Shown piece by piece: positions 38,647 through 47,715 of a DNA stretch of 64,000 bases. The position numbers and the translations under genes are program-made. How positions within the stretch are numbered: position 1 is the stretch's first letter; each line of letters starts with the position of its first letter. This DNA comes from Candidatus Woesearchaeota archaeon (GTDB lineage Archaea > Nanobdellota > Nanobdellia > Pacearchaeales > GW2011-AR1). The notes under the pieces were generated by a model that was not told the origin of the DNA, did not search any database, and saw nothing but the letters and a program-made list of their open reading frames with translations. Location of the stretch: assembly GCA_964573625.1 (NCBI GenBank), contig CAZNJU010000001.1, positions 256,661 to 320,660 on the forward strand. The letters run 5' to 3'.

Positions 38647-39066
38647 CTATCTTGAAAACCGTGTAAAATCTTCTAGATCGCAAGCATTGTCTCGAGCATA
38701 AGAGATAGCATCACCTATCGCGAGCCCATGAACATATCTTACTCCAGATTCGAGCGAACGAGATTGAGCTACCTCTCTGCGATTCACACGTAAAGAAAAT
38801 AGCGTACCTTGATTATTTAGTGCAATAACATGATACGGCTGACTCTCAGTACCTTTTTCATTAAACCAGGAATATCTGATGACTTTCGGACTATATTTTT
38901 CCTCTATAACAATTATTTTTCGATCAGAAGTTTTCGGAGGAGCGTAATGGCGAGGAGGGCGAATGTTATGATTATGAATAGTCTTAGGTCTCCTTTTGAG
39001 CCTACTGATTTGTTCCTGAGTTTCTGTTCTCTTGCCCTTAGGCAAGTCTAAGACATCGAAAATCAC
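38647..39066 (-). CDS. hypothetical protein
   Basis: 139 aa and basic. Confidence 0.35.
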   Translation of the reverse strand: MIFDVLDLPKGKRTETQEQISRLKRRPKTIHNHNIRPPRHYAPPKTSDRKIIVIEEKYSPKVIRYSWFNEKGTESQPYHVIALNNQGTLFSLRVNRREVAQSRSLESGVRYVHGLAIGDAISYARDNACDLEDFTRFSR

Positions 39067-39118
39067 GCTAATAAAACCGAATGTTGTTATTTAAATTTAT
39101 CCAATTGAAAAATAGAAA

Positions 39119-39538
39119 TTAATGCCAGACAGTAAGAATGGCGCTACCAATAAGGAAGGTGACAAAGTAGTATCCAATATTAAGCGCGTACAGTTTCCAT
39201 GACTTGCCTTCCCAAAGAACCATTCCAAGTGACGTCGTAGCTATAAATCCAAGCCAGCACATGAATCCGATAAACATGCCGTCAAATAATTTGGAGGCAT
39301 TTGCATAAATAACTACATGCGCAAGTACATAGAAAAGAACAAAGGTAGAAACAAGATTAATAAGTATAACTTTAGCCATTCCCTTTGGTTTGTCGCCTTT
39401 AGGAGATATTTTAGCTAGTTTCATCCACATATTTCCAAAGAAGAGCGGGGAATACCAGAGCCATCCAATGATGAATGCAATAACGGTAGAAACAACAATA
39501 GGAAGATAATTGACAGGTACGGGAAACATCATAACCAT
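39119..39538 (-). CDS. DUF1761-like membrane protein
   Basis: Reads GWLWYSPLFFGNMWMKLA with four TM helices. Confidence 0.45.
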   Translation of the reverse strand: MVMMFPVPVNYLPIVVSTVIAFIIGWLWYSPLFFGNMWMKLAKISPKGDKPKGMAKVILINLVSTFVLFYVLAHVVIYANASKLFDGMFIGFMCWLGFIATTSLGMVLWEGKSWKLYALNIGYYFVTFLIGSAILTVWH

Positions 39539-39562
39539 AAAAGTTCTTTTTTATTTATAAAA

Positions 39563-40135
39563 CTATCTTCTTCTACGTCTTCCCAAACTTATTCCCACGA
39601 GTCCTCCAATAGCAAACACACTCGGCACAGGCACATTGGCTGAATTATATGTCGCGTATGTTTTCATGAACGTCTCGCTTCCATCAGGAAATCGTGAAAG
39701 AGATTCATCATACAACCCATGTGCATTCCCGTTAGGCACGTTTCCGGTATTGCCTGGCCAGTTCCCATATGAAAAACCATCTATAACTACGTTATTGAAT
39801 ATATCATACAACTCTATTCTCCCATCGTTGTTTTGCATGCCATCAGGATTAAGGATCATGAGTCGTTGCCCTGGATTAAGAAATCCAAATGAACTTAGCG
39901 ATAATCCACTCGGAGTAGTATCTATTAAATTAAGTTCAATACCATACAGGTTGAATGGTTGCGTCCCAGGGTTGTATATTTCAAACCATTCATCAGAAGG
40001 AGTTACCTGTTTATCATGATTCCAATCTTGTTGAGGATCAACAACTATCTCATTAATTCTAATAGTATCTCCTTTGACAGGGTTTGTAGCAGCAATAAGA
40101 CCTGTAAGACCTAAAGAGATTGCTCGTCCACGCAT
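39563..40135 (-). CDS. lamin-tail-domain (LTD) surface protein with PEP-CTERM-like C-terminal sorting signal
   Basis: An N-terminal signal peptide and an LTD-like core (INEIVVDPQ...WFEIYNPG...IEL). The C-terminus is VPVPSVFAIGGLVGISLGRRRRR, a Pro-rich motif followed by a TM helix and an Arg cluster. Confidence 0.5.
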   Translation of the reverse strand: MRGRAISLGLTGLIAATNPVKGDTIRINEIVVDPQQDWNHDKQVTPSDEWFEIYNPGTQPFNLYGIELNLIDTTPSGLSLSSFGFLNPGQRLMILNPDGMQNNDGRIELYDIFNNVVIDGFSYGNWPGNTGNVPNGNAHGLYDESLSRFPDGSETFMKTYATYNSANVPVPSVFAIGGLVGISLGRRRRR

Positions 40136-40221
40136 ATACCTTTGAAATATTAAATCTATAATTATTTTACTTGCATAAATAATAAACTATTTGTAAAATA
40201 TTATCCTTTTTTATGAAAAGA

Positions 40222-40704
40222 TTACTCTTTCGTAAAATCTCCAACACACAAAGCCAACTTGTCCAGGATTTTTTTAACATCAGCAGTGGCAACACGCGCA
40301 GAATGCGTCCGAAGACCAATATTGAACGAACTTTCAGTATTATTGTAAACACCCACACCAACAAGTAACTGGATGCGTTCCTTATGTCCGAATGGAGGCA
40401 CAGCCCCTACTTCACACCCAGTTTTCTCAAAGACTTCTTCATGTGTTGCCATCCGAATGTCTTTTTTCCATCCCAGTTTAAGTGCAACTTTCTTAGTGTC
40501 GACTTTACAATCAGCAGGAACGTCAACCACAACAAAATCAGTTCCGTTAGTGAACACAATCGCCTTTATTCCTTCTTTCATGCTAAATCCACGGGTTTCA
40601 GCAGCCTGCGCACTTGTTATGACTGGAGCATGTTCTAAGTATTTAGCGCGCACATTATGCTCTTTAAAAATAGACTTTATTCGAGCAACTTCTTCGATTC
40701 CCAT
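40222..40704 (-). CDS. YbaK/ProX-family aminoacyl-tRNA deacylase domain protein
   Basis: Reads KAIVFTNGTDFVVVDVPADCKVDTKKV...GAVPPFGH, typical of the YbaK/ProX trans-editing fold. Confidence 0.55.
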   Translation of the reverse strand: MGIEEVARIKSIFKEHNVRAKYLEHAPVITSAQAAETRGFSMKEGIKAIVFTNGTDFVVVDVPADCKVDTKKVALKLGWKKDIRMATHEEVFEKTGCEVGAVPPFGHKERIQLLVGVGVYNNTESSFNIGLRTHSARVATADVKKILDKLALCVGDFTKE

Positions 40705-40794
40705 AAACGGGCAGCATATTTCTCATTAAATAGTTTACTTGAACTAGATTGTATCTTTCACTAGCTTTTTAAAAGAAGATCAATAGGAAAAGAG

Positions 40795-41163
40795 ATGGCC
40801 GAACTAAACAGCGAGCAAAAAAAAGAAGTTAAGAAAGAAATAAACAAGCAAGTAGCTGAAGCCAAAAAAGAAATTGAAAAAGAAGAGCTTCGCATCCACA
40901 AACAGCTGTTGGAAAAAGCAACAAGAACGGCATCACTATTCGGACAAGAATTTCGCCAACAGACTGCGGCAGCGATTATTGCGGCGTTTGGTTTCCTTAT
41001 AGCCTTAGCATGGAAAGACCTTATTGTGAAGATTGTTGAGCAGTTTACCGCAAGTAATATTCTCACACAATACCCCTATTTTGCCGAACTGTTTTCAGCG
41101 ATTATTGTTACAGGAATTTCAGTGATAGGTATAGTAATAATTTCTAGATGGGCAAAGAAGTGA
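40795..41163 (+). CDS. small membrane protein with N-terminal coiled coil
   Basis: 122 aa with two TM helices. Confidence 0.35.
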   Translation: MAELNSEQKKEVKKEINKQVAEAKKEIEKEELRIHKQLLEKATRTASLFGQEFRQQTAAAIIAAFGFLIALAWKDLIVKIVEQFTASNILTQYPYFAELFSAIIVTGISVIGIVIISRWAKK

Positions 41164-41184
41164 TTAAAAAAGATAACTCGCACG

Positions 41185-41655
41185 TTAATGGTGATGTTCT
41201 GATTCTTTGAGGGTTTCATTTATTCCAATTATCTTAATCTTGAAGATAAGTGTTTTTCCTGCAAGAGGATGATTAAGATCAATAGTGATTATATTTGCAT
41301 CAGCAGCAACAATGTGCACAGGAACAGCCTGTCCATCAGGTGTTCGCATCATAAGAGTCATACCGGCCTTTGGTTTTTGATTTCGAGGAAGGGTAATTTC
41401 AGAAGCAGATATCTCTCTCTTGAGTTGTTCATCATATTCGCCATATGCCTCGGCAGCAGGAATCGTAATCTCCTTTTCTTCATCCTTTGCCATTCCAATA
41501 ACGGCATTATCAAACCCAGGTATTACTTGCCCAGCCCCTGCTTCGAACTCAAGAGGGTGTGAATGATCTCCATGACTGGAACTGTCAAAGACCTCTCCGG
41601 TTTCAAAGCGCCCCTCATAATCAACCGCTACCTTATCTCCTTTCTTTACAGTCAT
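41185..41655 (-). CDS. FKBP-type peptidyl-prolyl cis-trans isomerase (SlyD-like, with IF insert)
   Basis: Reads GDKVAVDYEGRFETGEVFDSS...LEFEAGAGQVIPGFDNAVIGM with a C-terminal HHH. Confidence 0.7.
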   Translation of the reverse strand: MTVKKGDKVAVDYEGRFETGEVFDSSSHGDHSHPLEFEAGAGQVIPGFDNAVIGMAKDEEKEITIPAAEAYGEYDEQLKREISASEITLPRNQKPKAGMTLMMRTPDGQAVPVHIVAADANIITIDLNHPLAGKTLIFKIKIIGINETLKESEHHH

Positions 41656-41805
41656 TCTTCTTCTACCTCTGATTCAAGAACATCTTCAAGGAGATCGCTG
41701 TCTAAGACAGTGGTCTCTCCATCATCCACATCGTCTTTTGGAATATAGGTAATAATTCGTTTGCTCATATCGCTCTCTGAAAATATGTCTTTAAGAACCT
41801 TGCGG

Positions 41806-42318
41806 TTATGCCTTTAGGGAAACAAGAAACCCCTTAATGGTCTCACGAAGAGTCCTATCTACATTTTTACTATTCGCTTTTCCATTAAGGACTATGTCTT
41901 TGATATAGCCAGGCAGTGATTTGTGTATTTCTTTAGCATGTGAGGAGAGAGGTTTAGTATGAATTATCAGAGATCTTTTAGGCAACAGTGAAACAAACGA
42001 TTGAAGAGATGACCCTCGCGAACGAGCCCAATCAAAAGGAGGATCAATAAGAACGTACGCCGCAGGTTTTATCTTATTAGAACCGAGCGCTTGGAGAGCA
42101 ATAAGAGCGCCAAGCTCAGTTCCAATGACAATAGCATCACCACTCAGCCTTTTCTGCAATATTGCTACCTCAGAATCTACATCGATATCGTGAGATGAAT
42201 TCCAATGATCATAGTGGTGTAATGAAACACCTTGCACGATATCGTGCAAAGAAAAACCTACGTCTTCAAGCCACTGTTTATTAGAGCGGTCAGCACGTGG
42301 AAGGAGAATAACCTGCAC
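41806..42318 (-). CDS. hypothetical protein (possible alpha/beta-hydrolase-like)
   Basis: 170 aa. The assignment is weak. Confidence 0.3.
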   Translation of the reverse strand: MQVILLPRADRSNKQWLEDVGFSLHDIVQGVSLHHYDHWNSSHDIDVDSEVAILQKRLSGDAIVIGTELGALIALQALGSNKIKPAAYVLIDPPFDWARSRGSSLQSFVSLLPKRSLIIHTKPLSSHAKEIHKSLPGYIKDIVLNGKANSKNVDRTLRETIKGFLVSLKA

Positions 42319-42351
42319 AATATAGAATACGTTTCAAAGATATAAAGATAT

Positions 42352-42546
42352 CTATTGCTGAGAAGATATGACCCAAGCAATCCAAATTATGAGATAGACA
42401 GCCATTACAAACAGACCAAGTCGTGTAAACGTGCTAATATGCAGTAGAAGCCCAGCCCCTATAAAAACTAAAGCGATTACAAATGCCCAGAATGTTGGAT
42501 TGATTCGAATTACTTTCTTTTGAAGATCGACAAAACGATTACGCAT
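42352..42546 (-). CDS. small membrane protein (start trimmed to avoid overlap)
   Basis: MRNRFVDLQKK... with two TM helices. The longer track ORF overlaps the metalloprotease start. Confidence 0.3.
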   Translation of the reverse strand: MRNRFVDLQKKVIRINPTFWAFVIALVFIGAGLLLHISTFTRLGLFVMAVYLIIWIAWVISSQQ

Positions 42547-42595
42547 AGAGTAACGTGATAAGAATATATTTAAGGATAGCGATACCATTTCATAC

Positions 42596-43693
42596 ATGCA
42601 TTTCAAATGGCCGCTTTTGGGCTTCGTAGGGCTCACACTCTTCAGTTTTACCCTTCTTGCAATCATTCATACGGATACTTCTACCACTCTAAGCCCCGGA
42701 GATAATCAACTCGAAGCGTGTAAAACTCTTACGTATCATGGAGAACACAAGATAAACCTTGTTTTCTTCGGAGATGGAAAGACAGTTAAGAAATATATGG
42801 ATTATTTTTTTTCGGTAAAGCCGTTTACAACCAGGCAAGAAGACTTCAATGTCTATTACATCGATGATTACAAGCCAACCTGTACGAGGTATAGAGGCAT
42901 TGCATTGCTGTGTTACAATAAAGAAGTCATTGAAAAAGCAGGTTCTTGTCCTTCTGCCGATGCAATTCTAGTACTCTCTTCAGACAAGGAAAGTATTCGC
43001 AGTTCAGCATATCTGGGTGTTGGATCACTTAATACAAATCACCCTTATTCCGTTTTTGCACATGAATTCGGACACCTCTTCGGCAATTTTGCAGAAGAAT
43101 ATAGAACAGAAACACTTCCGGCAAATCAACAAAACTGCAAAGCGAGTCAATCAGATTTCACGTCACCTGTAGATGGAATATATCAAGAATGCTCAAAACA
43201 ATCCTATTATCGCTCCATAGAGAGCGGATTTATGCGTTCTCTCGAAGCAACACAGTACGGGCAGTACAACGAACATCTTCTCGAAGCACAAATAGATAAC
43301 CATTACTCTCCATTAAAAGCAACCGGGTTCGCATCACAGGAACAAGAGAATTGTGCCGCAGAATCGTACTATCTTGCAGAGGCAAAGTACGACGGCACAT
43401 TAACACCGATTGATACGTATATTACAAATGGTTGCGCTCAAAATCAGCAAGCAGGATCATTCTCATATACTGGATCAGATGGCCGAGAAGTTTCAACATT
43501 TGAACCAATTTTATTTACAGATGGTCCAGGCAAAGAGACGATCGATGGCGAAGATTTCAAAGACCCTGATCTACCAGTTTACATCCCCCTTCCGCTTTCA
43601 ACACCTCCACAACTTAGTTTTCATGATGATGAAGGAAATTTTATTGGACAAATGGCATTGAGTGATGCAGGAGCACGGTTATGCAAAATATGA
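42596..43693 (+). CDS. secreted zinc metalloprotease (HEXXH...E gluzincin-like)
   Basis: Signal peptide MHFKWPLLGFVGLTLFSFTLLAI, active-site motif VFAHEFGHLFGNFAEEY and several Cys. Confidence 0.55.
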   Translation: MHFKWPLLGFVGLTLFSFTLLAIIHTDTSTTLSPGDNQLEACKTLTYHGEHKINLVFFGDGKTVKKYMDYFFSVKPFTTRQEDFNVYYIDDYKPTCTRYRGIALLCYNKEVIEKAGSCPSADAILVLSSDKESIRSSAYLGVGSLNTNHPYSVFAHEFGHLFGNFAEEYRTETLPANQQNCKASQSDFTSPVDGIYQECSKQSYYRSIESGFMRSLEATQYGQYNEHLLEAQIDNHYSPLKATGFASQEQENCAAESYYLAEAKYDGTLTPIDTYITNGCAQNQQAGSFSYTGSDGREVSTFEPILFTDGPGKETIDGEDFKDPDLPVYIPLPLSTPPQLSFHDDEGNFIGQMALSDAGARLCKI

Positions 43694-44127
43694 GCAGACG
43701 CGGAATGTCCACAGTCGTTTCAACAGTACTTGTTATAGCAATAAGTGTGATACTTGCAGTTATCATTGGATACGGAATTAAGCAGTTCACAGAAGTCTCT
43801 CTAGGTCCGGCTACTGCGTGCACACAACTAGCGATAAATCCGTCTTTCTCAATCCAGAAAGTATGTTATAACTCTGCACGAAAAGATCTCGAGATAACGG
43901 TTCATCGCTCGTTTGATGATAGAAGTACTGAAGGATTTTATATTTCGACTCAAACATCTTCAGGCGCGTCTGGAAAATGGTCATGTACAGACGCTTGTGG
44001 AACATGCACTCTCCTTTCAAATGGAGAAACAAAAACATACTACTTCGGCTTAGACGAAATGCCTTTGTATGCCGGTCTAGAATCTAACGGGTGCTCTCTC
44101 GAACAGAAGCCTGTTGAGAACTGCTAA
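43681..44127 (+). CDS. pilin-like protein (class III signal peptide)
   Basis: MSRRG|MSTVVSTVLVIAISVILAVIIGYGI, then a Cys-containing beta domain. Confidence 0.45.
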   Translation: MQNMSRRGMSTVVSTVLVIAISVILAVIIGYGIKQFTEVSLGPATACTQLAINPSFSIQKVCYNSARKDLEITVHRSFDDRSTEGFYISTQTSSGASGKWSCTDACGTCTLLSNGETKTYYFGLDEMPLYAGLESNGCSLEQKPVENC

Positions 44128-44314
44128 TCAGTCCTAAAATTAGTTTAGAAGGAGAGGCCTGAGCACCGAGCGAATCAACGGTTTGTTGAGTCTGCGCAGG
44201 TTGAGGTTCTGAATCTGATTCTTCATGTGTCGAGAGTGCAAAAATAAGCGCAGTTATAACGAGGAACAGAATAATTACCCAAACGATGAGCCCTATAAAA
44301 CCATTTCGATTCAT
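44084..44314 (-). CDS. small class III-signal-peptide-like protein
   Basis: MNRNG|FIGLIVWVIILFLVITALIFA. It overlaps the 3' end of the previous gene, so only one of the two frames may be real. Confidence 0.25.
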   Translation of the reverse strand: MNRNGFIGLIVWVIILFLVITALIFALSTHEESDSEPQPAQTQQTVDSLGAQASPSKLILGLISSSQQASVRESTR

Positions 44315-44391
44315 AAAACTACATAAATGTGCAATTTAAATACATTCTGAAGAGGCAACAACCTTAAATAGAAATAGCTCCCTCAATTCTA

Positions 44392-45198
44392 ATGGAGCAT
44401 GTTGAACTATTCAAAACCGAGCTAAAACTACGCGGCTTCTCTCCATTAACTATACGTAACTATTCTTTTTTTGTCGAAAAATTTCTTAAATTCACCAATA
44501 AAGACGCTTCACAAGTCGACGAGAACGATGCACGCGCATATCTAGCTTCTCTTTTCGAATCAAAATCTAAGAACACCATTATGCTCGCGGCAGCATCTCT
44601 CAAATTCTTTTATGCTGAAGTCTTAAAGAAGCCAACAGTAGCGATAAAAGCACCCAAAAAAGACAAACAGCTTCCAGAAGTATTGACAAAAGAGGAAGTT
44701 CGCAAGATGATTGATCTCTCTGAGACTCTCAAGTCACGCCTTATAATTTCATTGCTCTATTCATCAGGTCTCCGGGTTTCCGAACTCGTTCATCTCAAAC
44801 CAGAAAATCTTAACATCAATGAAAGTATGGGTTGGGTTCGTAGAGGAAAAGGCGCAAAAGACAGACGTTTCATTCTATCGGAAACACTTTCAAAAGATCT
44901 TGATGCGTACGTCAAAAGAAATCCGGGGCCATACGTCTTCTCAAAGAAAGAAGATCCCCTCACAACTCGAAATATTCAGAAAATCGTGAAAAAAATAAAA
45001 GAAAAAGCAGGAATAAATAAGAAAGTAACTCCTCACACACTAAGGCATAGCTTCGCAACCCATCTTCTCGAAGCAGGTACGGATATTCGACTTATTCAAA
45101 CGCTTCTTGGCCACGCGTCTCTAAATACTACTCAATTGTACACACATGTTTCAGCTGATCAGTTGAGAAAAGTTCAGAACCCTTTGGACGGATTGTAA
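44392..45198 (+). CDS. xerA: tyrosine recombinase, XerA/XerCD-like
   Basis: An N-terminal SAM-like domain and a C-terminal catalytic region with R...HxxR...Y (TPHTLRHSFATHLLEAGTDIRLIQTLLGHASLNTTQLYTHV). Confidence 0.7.
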   Translation: MEHVELFKTELKLRGFSPLTIRNYSFFVEKFLKFTNKDASQVDENDARAYLASLFESKSKNTIMLAAASLKFFYAEVLKKPTVAIKAPKKDKQLPEVLTKEEVRKMIDLSETLKSRLIISLLYSSGLRVSELVHLKPENLNINESMGWVRRGKGAKDRRFILSETLSKDLDAYVKRNPGPYVFSKKEDPLTTRNIQKIVKKIKEKAGINKKVTPHTLRHSFATHLLEAGTDIRLIQTLLGHASLNTTQLYTHVSADQLRKVQNPLDGL

Positions 45199-45254
45199 TT
45201 AAAAAATTACACCATTAAAAACTCCAAATTACATTTATTCTATAAATTAAAAAA

Positions 45255-45662
45255 TTAACGATAAGACTTCTGTCTCTTAGAACGTGCTTTTGAGTCGCCT
45301 GGCTTGTAAGCTTCCTTTCTTCGTGTGTCTGCTACAAGCAACGAACGATCGTATTTGAGGAATGCTTTCTTGAGTTCTGCAGAATGAGTAAATTTAACAA
45401 TAGCTTTAGCAACCGCAAGTCGTGCTGCTTGAATTTGACCTTCTTTTCCGCCGCCAAGTGTTCGGATTTCAATGTTAAATGGAAATGATTCTAGCACTGA
45501 AGTAGCAATAACGACAGGCTCACGTAATGCAAGACGATGGAACAAAGGTAGAGCAGTGTATGGTTGCTTATTATACGAAATCTTACCAGTACCGTTGCTG
45601 ATTTTAGCTTTAGCAACCGCAGTCTTTCGCTTTCCAGATACAACCATTATTTTCTCGCTCAT
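45255..45662 (-). CDS. rps9: ribosomal protein uS9
   Basis: GKRKTAVAKA...GGGKEGQIQAARLAVAKAI...KSYR at the C-terminus. Confidence 0.85.
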   Translation of the reverse strand: MSEKIMVVSGKRKTAVAKAKISNGTGKISYNKQPYTALPLFHRLALREPVVIATSVLESFPFNIEIRTLGGGKEGQIQAARLAVAKAIVKFTHSAELKKAFLKYDRSLLVADTRRKEAYKPGDSKARSKRQKSYR

Positions 45663-46060
45663 ATGTATTTGACTATCTCCTGTAATGTTGAAACTCGGAT
45701 ATTCTTTTCTTTACCTGACTTTATTTTCTTCACATCAGCATATTCAGCAGGGACTTCATTGTAACACATAACAAGATCAAATGCTCGTTCTCCGCGTCCT
45801 TGTTTATACGGCAACATACCTCGTATAGTACGTTTGACAATTCTCTCAGGTGACTTAGGGAAATGAGGACCATTAAGTGCAGAACCGCCTTTCTTTCGTA
45901 GAGTCATATATTCACTAGCAACCATCTTACTATTTCCTGAGATAACAACGTATTTGCAATTGACAACAACTATCTTTTTTCCAAGTAGTGCTTGCTTTGC
46001 TACATAGCTTGCAAGTCGTCCAAGCAATGCATTTGATCCGTCAACAACTATTTCGCTCAT
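45659..46060 (-). CDS. rpl13: ribosomal protein uL13
   Basis: IVVDGSNALLGRLASYVAKQALLGKKIVVVNCKYVVISG. Confidence 0.85.
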   Translation of the reverse strand: MSEIVVDGSNALLGRLASYVAKQALLGKKIVVVNCKYVVISGNSKMVASEYMTLRKKGGSALNGPHFPKSPERIVKRTIRGMLPYKQGRGERAFDLVMCYNEVPAEYADVKKIKSGKEKNIRVSTLQEIVKYI

Positions 46061-46422
46061 GCTAATTTGACTCCTGTTGCTTTAGTGTTTTTTTGAATTT
46101 CTTCATGAATAGTTACCATTTCAGCTTTCGCTTTCTTTAATTTATCTCGTGCACTCTCAGAATAACTTAGAGCACAAACACGTACTTTCTTTGAGATGTC
46201 TCCAGAACCAAGAACTTTACCAACGACAACGATGGTATCTCCTTCCTTTGACATCTTATCAATTTCAGAGAGGTTGACAGAAGTATGCATTCGAGTTGAA
46301 CCTGAAAGTCGCTGTGCAACCTTTCTCCAACCCGTATGAGCTTTAGCAAGATTGATAGTAGCCACTAGTGAGGAATTCGTTTTCCTTTTCGTTCTTTCTC
46401 GTATGTGTGTTTTGCTTATCAT
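46057..46422 (-). CDS. rpl18e: ribosomal protein L18e
   Basis: The start is trimmed to MISKTHIRERTKRK, because the track's N-terminal extension overlaps the tRNA-Leu gene. The typical L18e motif GDTIVVVGKVLGSG is present. Confidence 0.7.
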   Translation of the reverse strand: MISKTHIRERTKRKTNSSLVATINLAKAHTGWRKVAQRLSGSTRMHTSVNLSEIDKMSKEGDTIVVVGKVLGSGDISKKVRVCALSYSESARDKLKKAKAEMVTIHEEIQKNTKATGVKLA

Positions 46423-46436
46423 TTTTCTTCCGTTGA

Positions 46437-46520
46437 TGCGGGGAGTAGGAATCGAACCTACGCAGGCTCTACGCCACTGCCACCTCAAGGCAGCCCGTTT
46501 GACCGCTCCGGCATCCCCGC
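46437..46520 (-). tRNA. tRNA-Leu (anticodon GAG), class II with long variable arm
   Basis: The reverse complement is gcggggatgccggagcggtcaaacgggCTGCCttGAGgtGGCAGtggcgtagagcctgcgtaggttcgattcctactccccgc+a. The 7-bp acceptor, D-arm, anticodon stem/loop and T-arm all fold. Confidence 0.8.
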
Positions 46521-46524
46521 GTTA

Positions 46525-47223
46525 TTACTTGAAGGCTTTTTCAAACGCTTCAACGTTATCGCCGAGTACGCGCAATGCACGAAGTACAATTTCCTTGGCT
46601 GGCAGTTGTCCAAATGATTCTACAATGAAGAGAATCTCCTTGGATTGTTTAAGTGCCTGAGCGTCAAGTTGAGTTATTTCTTCAACAATAGATTCGTTAA
46701 GATCACAAACAATTCCATCTTTACCTTTTTCAGGTTTTACAAGCCCTCGTGACTGGCTTACAAGTTTCTCAACATGACTGTTCTTTGAGGAGACTTCATA
46801 CAAATGTCGATAGTAGCACAATCCAGGAGTATATTTCTCATGATCGCTTCCCTTTCCAAGACGAGCGGTAGCGATTACTTCAATTTCCTGATCTTTTTCA
46901 AGAAGTGTAAGAGGAATAGTTGGATGAACAACACTTACTCCACCTTTAAAGTCGGACGCATATACAGTACCTGGACCAGTCTTAACGAGTTTAAGCTCAA
47001 TTTCAGTTTTCTCATTCATTCCTGTTTCCATCTTAAGCGGAACAAGTCCAATTCGATGGGCCAAGAATTCGTCATACAAAGCAGAGTCATTCTTGAAAAT
47101 TTCAACCTCATCAATAGCAAGGACCTGAATCTCATTAACGCTTCTTCGTATGGCATTTGCGAGGCTTTCACTAGCTTCAATGCGCATAACCATTCGTTCA
47201 GGGCTCTGTTCTATAATTTCCAT
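46525..47223 (-). CDS. rpoD: DNA-directed RNA polymerase subunit D (Rpo3)
   Basis: MEIIEQSPERMVMRIEASESLANAIRR. The position between S11 and L18e is as in other archaea. Confidence 0.75.
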   Translation of the reverse strand: MEIIEQSPERMVMRIEASESLANAIRRSVNEIQVLAIDEVEIFKNDSALYDEFLAHRIGLVPLKMETGMNEKTEIELKLVKTGPGTVYASDFKGGVSVVHPTIPLTLLEKDQEIEVIATARLGKGSDHEKYTPGLCYYRHLYEVSSKNSHVEKLVSQSRGLVKPEKGKDGIVCDLNESIVEEITQLDAQALKQSKEILFIVESFGQLPAKEIVLRALRVLGDNVEAFEKAFK

Positions 47224-47247
47224 TGCAAGAGTATGAGCGAGAGTCTT

Positions 47248-47715
47248 TTAAACTCTTCGACCTCGTTTGCCTCCTTTCTTCTTAGGACCGCCACGTGGGA
47301 CGCGGGTGGTTTCGATAATACTAATTATTTTGAATCCTTCCTTAGCAAGGGTCTTTACTGCAGCATGTCCACCTGGACCAGCACCAATTGAATTTGTTTG
47401 AGCACGAGTTCTGATATATAGACTTGTCAATCCAAGATCTCTTGCGCGTTCAGCAGCTCGTTTTGCGACGAACATTGCAGTAGTTGGATTAGCCTTTAAT
47501 CTGCTTTGCTTAGTAACCATTCCACCGCTAACACGTGAGATAGTGTTTCCCGCCAGATCAGTTATGTGCACAATCGTATTATTGAATGATGTGTAAATAT
47601 AAGCGATTCCAGCACGCTCTTCCTTTTCAGAAATTACAGGCCCTTCCATTTCAGGCATGACTTTCGTTTCGGCAGTTTCTTCCTTCTTTACTTCTTCAGT
47701 CTTATGTTCGCTCAT
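47248..47715 (-). CDS. rps11: ribosomal protein uS11
   Basis: GIAYIYTSFNNTIVHITDLAGN...TPFAA-like core and a C-terminal basic tail. Confidence 0.85.
   Translation of the reverse strand: MSEHKTEEVKKEETAETKVMPEMEGPVISEKEERAGIAYIYTSFNNTIVHITDLAGNTISRVSGGMVTKQSRLKANPTTAMFVAKRAAERARDLGLTSLYIRTRAQTNSIGAGPGGHAAVKTLAKEGFKIISIIETTRVPRGGPKKKGGKRGRRV

Noticed and set aside
46423-46488. N-terminal extension of L18e ORF (MRWQWRRACVGSIPTPRINGRK)
   Set aside because: It is translated from the antisense of the tRNA-Leu gene. The true start is the internal MISKTHIR.
44392-46520. XerA-like integrase plus nearby tRNA-Leu as a classical tRNA-integrated prophage boundary
   Set aside because: Three core ribosomal genes (S9, L13, L18e) lie between the recombinase and the tRNA. 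No att-like direct repeat of the tRNA 3' end was seen. The recombinase has the size and domains of housekeeping XerA.
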